A stretch of 64,000 bases of DNA from Candidatus Poribacteria bacterium. GTDB taxonomy: Bacteria > Poribacteria > WGA-4E > PCPOR2b. Of this stretch, positions 59,788 through 64,000 are shown one piece after another. Below the pieces are notes generated by a model, which worked only from the letters and a program-made list of their open reading frames with translations, was not told the DNA's origin and did no database searches. The DNA is taken from the NCBI GenBank assembly GCA_965218095.1, contig OZ244587.1:2752001-2816000 (forward strand), written 5' to 3'. Position 1 is the stretch's first letter; the number at the start of each line of letters is the position of its first letter. A program made the translations under genes and the position numbers.

Positions 59788-61329
59788 ATGAACGTTGTAA
59801 ATCTCTTGGCAAGAGCTGGACGCGCCTTCAACGAAAACCCGGCCATTACAGTGGGGACAGACGTGTACTCCACTTACGGGGACTTCGCGTGTCGTGTGGC
59901 GACCATGGCCGGTCAATTCTGTAATCGGCTGCAACTCAAGCCCGGCGACCGCATCGCCCTCGCCATGAAGAATTGCGCACAATTCCTCGAAGTTCTGTAT
60001 GCCGCTTGGCATGCCGGACTGTGTGCGGTGCCCATCAACGCCAAGCTGCATCCCCGCGAATTCCAGTATATTCTCGAAAACTCCGGTACTCGGTGCTGCT
60101 TCGTCACGCGAGACCTTGAAGAAGCTATCGCACCGCTGTCCGATGATATCCCGACACTTGAACAAGTCATTTGTGTCCCCTGCAGCCCCGACTACCGTGC
60201 GCTGTTCGAGGGCGATACAGTAGGGATACAGGATTGCGCGCCGGATGACACCGCCTGGCTCTTCTACACTAGTGGCACGACCGGGCGTCCCAAGGGGGCG
60301 ATGTTGAGTCACCGCAACCTGCTAGCGATGACACTCAGCTACTTTGCCGACGTCGATAGTATTTCGCCTGAAGACTGCATTATCCATGCGGCGCCCATGT
60401 CCCACGGCTCCGGGCTGTACAACATCGCCCATGTTGCCGCGGCAGCGAAACAGGTCATCCCCGCCAGCGGTCAATTCGACTCCGGCGAGATTTTCGACCT
60501 CATCGCCACGCATGAAGGGGTGTCCTTTTTCGCCGCGCCGACCATGGTGAAGCGTCTGATCAATCATCCACGCAGTCGGAGTGCAGATGCCGCCAACCTC
60601 AAGACCATCGTGTACGGCGGCGGTCCCATGTATGTGGCCGACCTGAAACAGGCTATGGATTGCTTCGGTTACAAATTTGTCCAGATCTATGGCCAGGGCG
60701 AGAGTCCCATGACCATCACGGCATTGTCGAAGGCGCAGCATGCCAATACCGATCACCCCCGCTACGAGGAACGTCTTGCTTCAGTGGGGGTAGCACATAC
60801 GATGGTTGAGGTTCGCGTTGCCGATTCGGAAGAGCGCGCGCTACCTCCGGACGAGATTGGGGAAGTACTGGTCAGGGGTGATGTGGTTATGACCGGCTAC
60901 TGGAACAATCCGGAGGCGACGAAGAAAACCTTACGTGGCGGCTGGCTGCACACAGGCGATCTCGGGACCGTTGACGCGGACAGCTTTCTGACGCTCAAAG
61001 ACCGATCGAATGACCTAATCATCAGCGGCGGAACCAACATCTATCCACGGGAAGTCGAGGAGGTATTGCTGCTGCACGAAGCCGTCCAGGAAGTTTCAGT
61101 GATTGGCCGTCCTGATCCGGAGTGGGGGGAGGAAATCGTCGCCTTTGTCGTAGAAACGGAGGGCCGCGAAGTGACGGAGGATGCGCTTGATACGCTCTGC
61201 CTCAACAACATTGCACGCTTCAAACGTCCACGGGCATACTATTTCGTGGATGGTCTGCCCAAGAACAATTACGGAAAAATTCTGAAGACCGAGTTGCGGG
61301 GATGGCTCGATCAAAAGGAGTTTTCATGA
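59788..61329 (+). CDS. AMP-dependent acyl-CoA synthetase
   Basis: YTSGTTGRPKG, YGQGE, HTGDLG, SGG.NIYPREVE, GKILK. Confidence 0.94.
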   Translation: MNVVNLLARAGRAFNENPAITVGTDVYSTYGDFACRVATMAGQFCNRLQLKPGDRIALAMKNCAQFLEVLYAAWHAGLCAVPINAKLHPREFQYILENSGTRCCFVTRDLEEAIAPLSDDIPTLEQVICVPCSPDYRALFEGDTVGIQDCAPDDTAWLFYTSGTTGRPKGAMLSHRNLLAMTLSYFADVDSISPEDCIIHAAPMSHGSGLYNIAHVAAAAKQVIPASGQFDSGEIFDLIATHEGVSFFAAPTMVKRLINHPRSRSADAANLKTIVYGGGPMYVADLKQAMDCFGYKFVQIYGQGESPMTITALSKAQHANTDHPRYEERLASVGVAHTMVEVRVADSEERALPPDEIGEVLVRGDVVMTGYWNNPEATKKTLRGGWLHTGDLGTVDADSFLTLKDRSNDLIISGGTNIYPREVEEVLLLHEAVQEVSVIGRPDPEWGEEIVAFVVETEGREVTEDALDTLCLNNIARFKRPRAYYFVDGLPKNNYGKILKTELRGWLDQKEFS

Positions 61330-61434
61330 AGTCCGTATTGACGGCATTAAGCCTTTTCATTGTAATTCTTGCTACCCGAGCCATCTGCAAGAGATGATGA
61401 GGACGAAATTGAGGATTTTTGAAGGGAGAAAGCT

Positions 61435-62235
61435 ATGGGAGACCGATTGAAAGACAAAGTTGCGATCGTCACCGGCGCAGGTTCCATCGGACCGGGTTGG
61501 GGTAACGGCAAAGCGACTACTGTCCTCTTCGCACGCGAAGGGGCGAAAGTCTTCGCTGTCGATATCAACCTCGCTGCTGCTGAAGGAACAAAAGCGATTA
61601 TCGATCAGGAAAGTGGTGAATGTACAACCCACAAGGCGGATGTTTCCAGTGCTGAAGAGGTCAGGGTTATGGTAGAGCGCTGCTTGGAGACCTACAGCCG
61701 CATTGACATCCTCCACAACAACGTGGGCATTGTCGAGGTCGGCGGCTGTGTCGAGACAAGTGAGAAAAGCTGGGATCGCGTTAACACTGTCAATCTCAAG
61801 AGCGTGTTCTTGACCTGCAAATACGTCCTACCACACATGGAACAGCAAGGCGGTGGCGCGATCGTGAATATCTCCTCCATCGCCGCAATTCGCTGGCTGG
61901 GGGTGCCCTACGTTTCTTACACCGCTACCAAAGGGGCAATCAACCAACTTACCCAGAGCATCGCAATACAGTACGCGAAAAAGAACATCCGTGCTAACGC
62001 CATCCTGCCCGGCCTCATGAATACACCAATGATTGCCAAGTCACTTGCTGACGTTTATGCAGACGGAGATGTTGAGGAAATGATCGAAATCCGAAATAAC
62101 CTTTGTCCCATGGGAAAAATGGGCGACGCCTGGGATGTGGCTTACGCCGCCCTGTTTCTCGCCTCTGACGAAGCGAAATACATCACCGGCGCGGAGCTCG
62201 TCGTTGATGGTGGATTTACCTGTAAATGCGCCTAA
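61435..62235 (+). CDS. SDR oxidoreductase
   Basis: TGAGS.GPGWGNG, NNVG, YTATK, ITG..LVVDGG. Confidence 0.93.
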   Translation: MGDRLKDKVAIVTGAGSIGPGWGNGKATTVLFAREGAKVFAVDINLAAAEGTKAIIDQESGECTTHKADVSSAEEVRVMVERCLETYSRIDILHNNVGIVEVGGCVETSEKSWDRVNTVNLKSVFLTCKYVLPHMEQQGGGAIVNISSIAAIRWLGVPYVSYTATKGAINQLTQSIAIQYAKKNIRANAILPGLMNTPMIAKSLADVYADGDVEEMIEIRNNLCPMGKMGDAWDVAYAALFLASDEAKYITGAELVVDGGFTCKCA

Positions 62236-62533
62236 ACTCATCTTCAACACCTCGTCAATTTTTATTCGATTCGACAAGGTTTACGGTCAAATCATTGGTC
62301 ATTTGGGAGCTGGTAAGTGGTGATTGGTGAGTAGAAATCTATCACCCACTTTACAATGGCGGCGCTTCGTTCAACTTGTAACGCAAACTCTCAGTTTGCA
62401 CGACCACCTGTATTGTCTCACTCTGCTTGATCGGGATTGCCAAATCCCGATAGCCGTTGGATTTGGCAATTCAACGGAAGCATCAATAATTTGTCAACAT
62501 GCCCTAATTTAGTTGCCAAAGTCAAGTTACGTC

Positions 62534-63250
62534 TTATTTCGGAATCATTTTCCGCACCCCGTTTTCATACCGAACCTCATAGTCGCCGTCCGGTACGGGC
62601 AGGGCGCGGATAGCCAGCTCTGCTTGGGTAATCAGGGGTTCGGAGAGGGCAAGCAGTTCATCTAAAGATTCCTGGGGTGTCTTGTCCGTGGTATCAATCG
62701 CGATCTTCCGCCCTTTCTGGGTAAAAAGTGACTTTTCGATTTCCTCCTCGAAACGCCGCTTGATTTCTGGAATATCCGCTTCTTTGATAATCTGGTACTC
62801 GTGCAGGTCGGCCTGCATCCGTTCACGAATTGCTTCATCACTGGCTGTGACGTGAATGAGGACCACATCAGGCAAACGGGCTTCAAACACCTGCGCTTCA
62901 TAAATGCGCTGGGCGCGATAGTCGTAGTTCTTGTAGTATGGGCTTTCCGGGTCGTCGCCGTACACGGCTGAATAAACTGCTTCCTCAATATGCCACCCCG
63001 CGATCAGGGTATTGGAATAATTCTTGATGACTTCGATATGATACTGGATTTGCATGCGCTGCGCGCGCTCTTTGACATCATCGGGGAAATTCAGCATCAA
63101 CGCTCGTGATTCTGGACTCAAAGAGGCGTCCGGAAGGGTGAAATGGTCGTCACCGTGCGTGGGTAGCTTGCGCTGACGATAATAGGCATCCAGCAGCTTG
63201 ATCAGGGTCGATTTTCCAGCATATTCAATACCTGCAAATATACTTCGCAT
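62534..63250 (-). CDS. P-loop nucleoside monophosphate kinase-like protein
   Basis: GIEYAGKST Walker A; PDVVLIHVTAS.E.I.ER; IDT. Confidence 0.7.
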   Translation of the reverse strand: MRSIFAGIEYAGKSTLIKLLDAYYRQRKLPTHGDDHFTLPDASLSPESRALMLNFPDDVKERAQRMQIQYHIEVIKNYSNTLIAGWHIEEAVYSAVYGDDPESPYYKNYDYRAQRIYEAQVFEARLPDVVLIHVTASDEAIRERMQADLHEYQIIKEADIPEIKRRFEEEIEKSLFTQKGRKIAIDTTDKTPQESLDELLALSEPLITQAELAIRALPVPDGDYEVRYENGVRKMIPK

Positions 63251-63493
63251 AGCGAAAACTCCTCTTTATCTTTGCGCAGAAGGGTTGGAAGTTGGAGTGG
63301 CTTCGCAAACAGACCGTTCCGCTGATTAATGTAACCTGAGTTGTCACCTATAAGCAAATGATACATTGAGGGCGACTACAACTTGATTTACAGCACAGAT
63401 TATAGCACGATTCCATCATAAGATCTATCACTACTTTTTGTCAGGCACAGCTGCAAGGGAAAATTGCCTGCATTCCGCCCAGGAGGACACCGA

Positions 63494-64000
63494 ATGCGTT
63501 CCGAAAAGTTAGAGAATTTCGACCGCCTTTGTATTCACACCGTTACCACCAGACCGTGGTCAATTGAGGAAGCCATCGAAAACTACCCGGCGGCCGGGGT
63601 GAAAGGGGTTTCCGTCTGGCGCAACGTCCTGGAAAACCGGGATGCGGCGAAGATTGGTGAGGCGATCCGGAACGGTGGAATGGCAGTCGTCTCCCTGGTT
63701 CGCAGTGGATTTTTCACCGGTAAAACCGAAGCCGAAATTCAGGCATCTCTCGACGACAACAGGCGGGCAATCGATGAGGCTGCCGCGCTAAAGGCCCCTA
63801 TGGTCGTTCTGGTTTGTGGCGCCGTGCCGGGACAATCGATCCGGAGGTCGCTTTCTCAGATAGAAGCCGGCCTGGAAACCCTCCTCCCCTATGCCGAAAA
63901 AAACGATGTGAAACTGGCAATTGAACCCCTCCACCCTATGTACGCCGATTCTCGCTCCGCCATCTGCACCATGAAGACTGCCAATGAATTTGCCGAAAAA
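63494..64000 (+). CDS. Sugar phosphate isomerase/epimerase, partial (runs off the window)
   Basis: RBS AGGAGG; RLCIHTVTTRPWSIEEA...NRRAIDEAA.L...LAIEPLHPMY. Confidence 0.88.
   Translation, partial: MRSEKLENFDRLCIHTVTTRPWSIEEAIENYPAAGVKGVSVWRNVLENRDAAKIGEAIRNGGMAVVSLVRSGFFTGKTEAEIQASLDDNRRAIDEAAALKAPMVVLVCGAVPGQSIRRSLSQIEAGLETLLPYAEKNDVKLAIEPLHPMYADSRSAICTMKTANEFAEK

Overview
Bacterial chromosomal window of about 50-55% GC by eye. Its gene content (LRR-dockerin protein, YWTD/LDL-receptor-repeat fragment, several mandelate-racemase, SDR, ThuA and sugar-isomerase enzymes) suggests Candidatus Poribacteria or a similar sponge-associated or marine lineage; this is inference only. Core genes are dapF, gndA, hpt, tilS, two cyclophilins, a WcaJ-like sugar transferase and three tRNAs (Leu-TAA, fMet-CAT, Met/Ile2-CAT). 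The window is heavily decayed, with many pseudogene fragments, nested IS elements (two apparently identical 1109-bp DDE elements, one inside an IS3; an IS5 inside the terminal repeat of an IS982; an IS1595 stub) and several families of MITE, REP and heptamer repeats. Strongest leads: (1) an MTase + LAGLIDADG-fold protein + PD-(D/E)xK nuclease operon that looks like a two-subunit restriction system with a homing-endonuclease-derived specificity subunit, here damaged by a deletion; (2) two integron attC sites flanking a SIMPL cassette with no integrase in view; (3) intergenic-type repeats inserted in frame at three places in a hydantoinase gene; (4) a MarR-rubrerythrin fusion upstream of an ECF sigma factor; (5) a TsdA/SoxA-like diheme cytochrome; (6) a rod-shaped, possibly 6S-like ncRNA. 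All protein family calls come from motifs recognised by eye; no searches were run.
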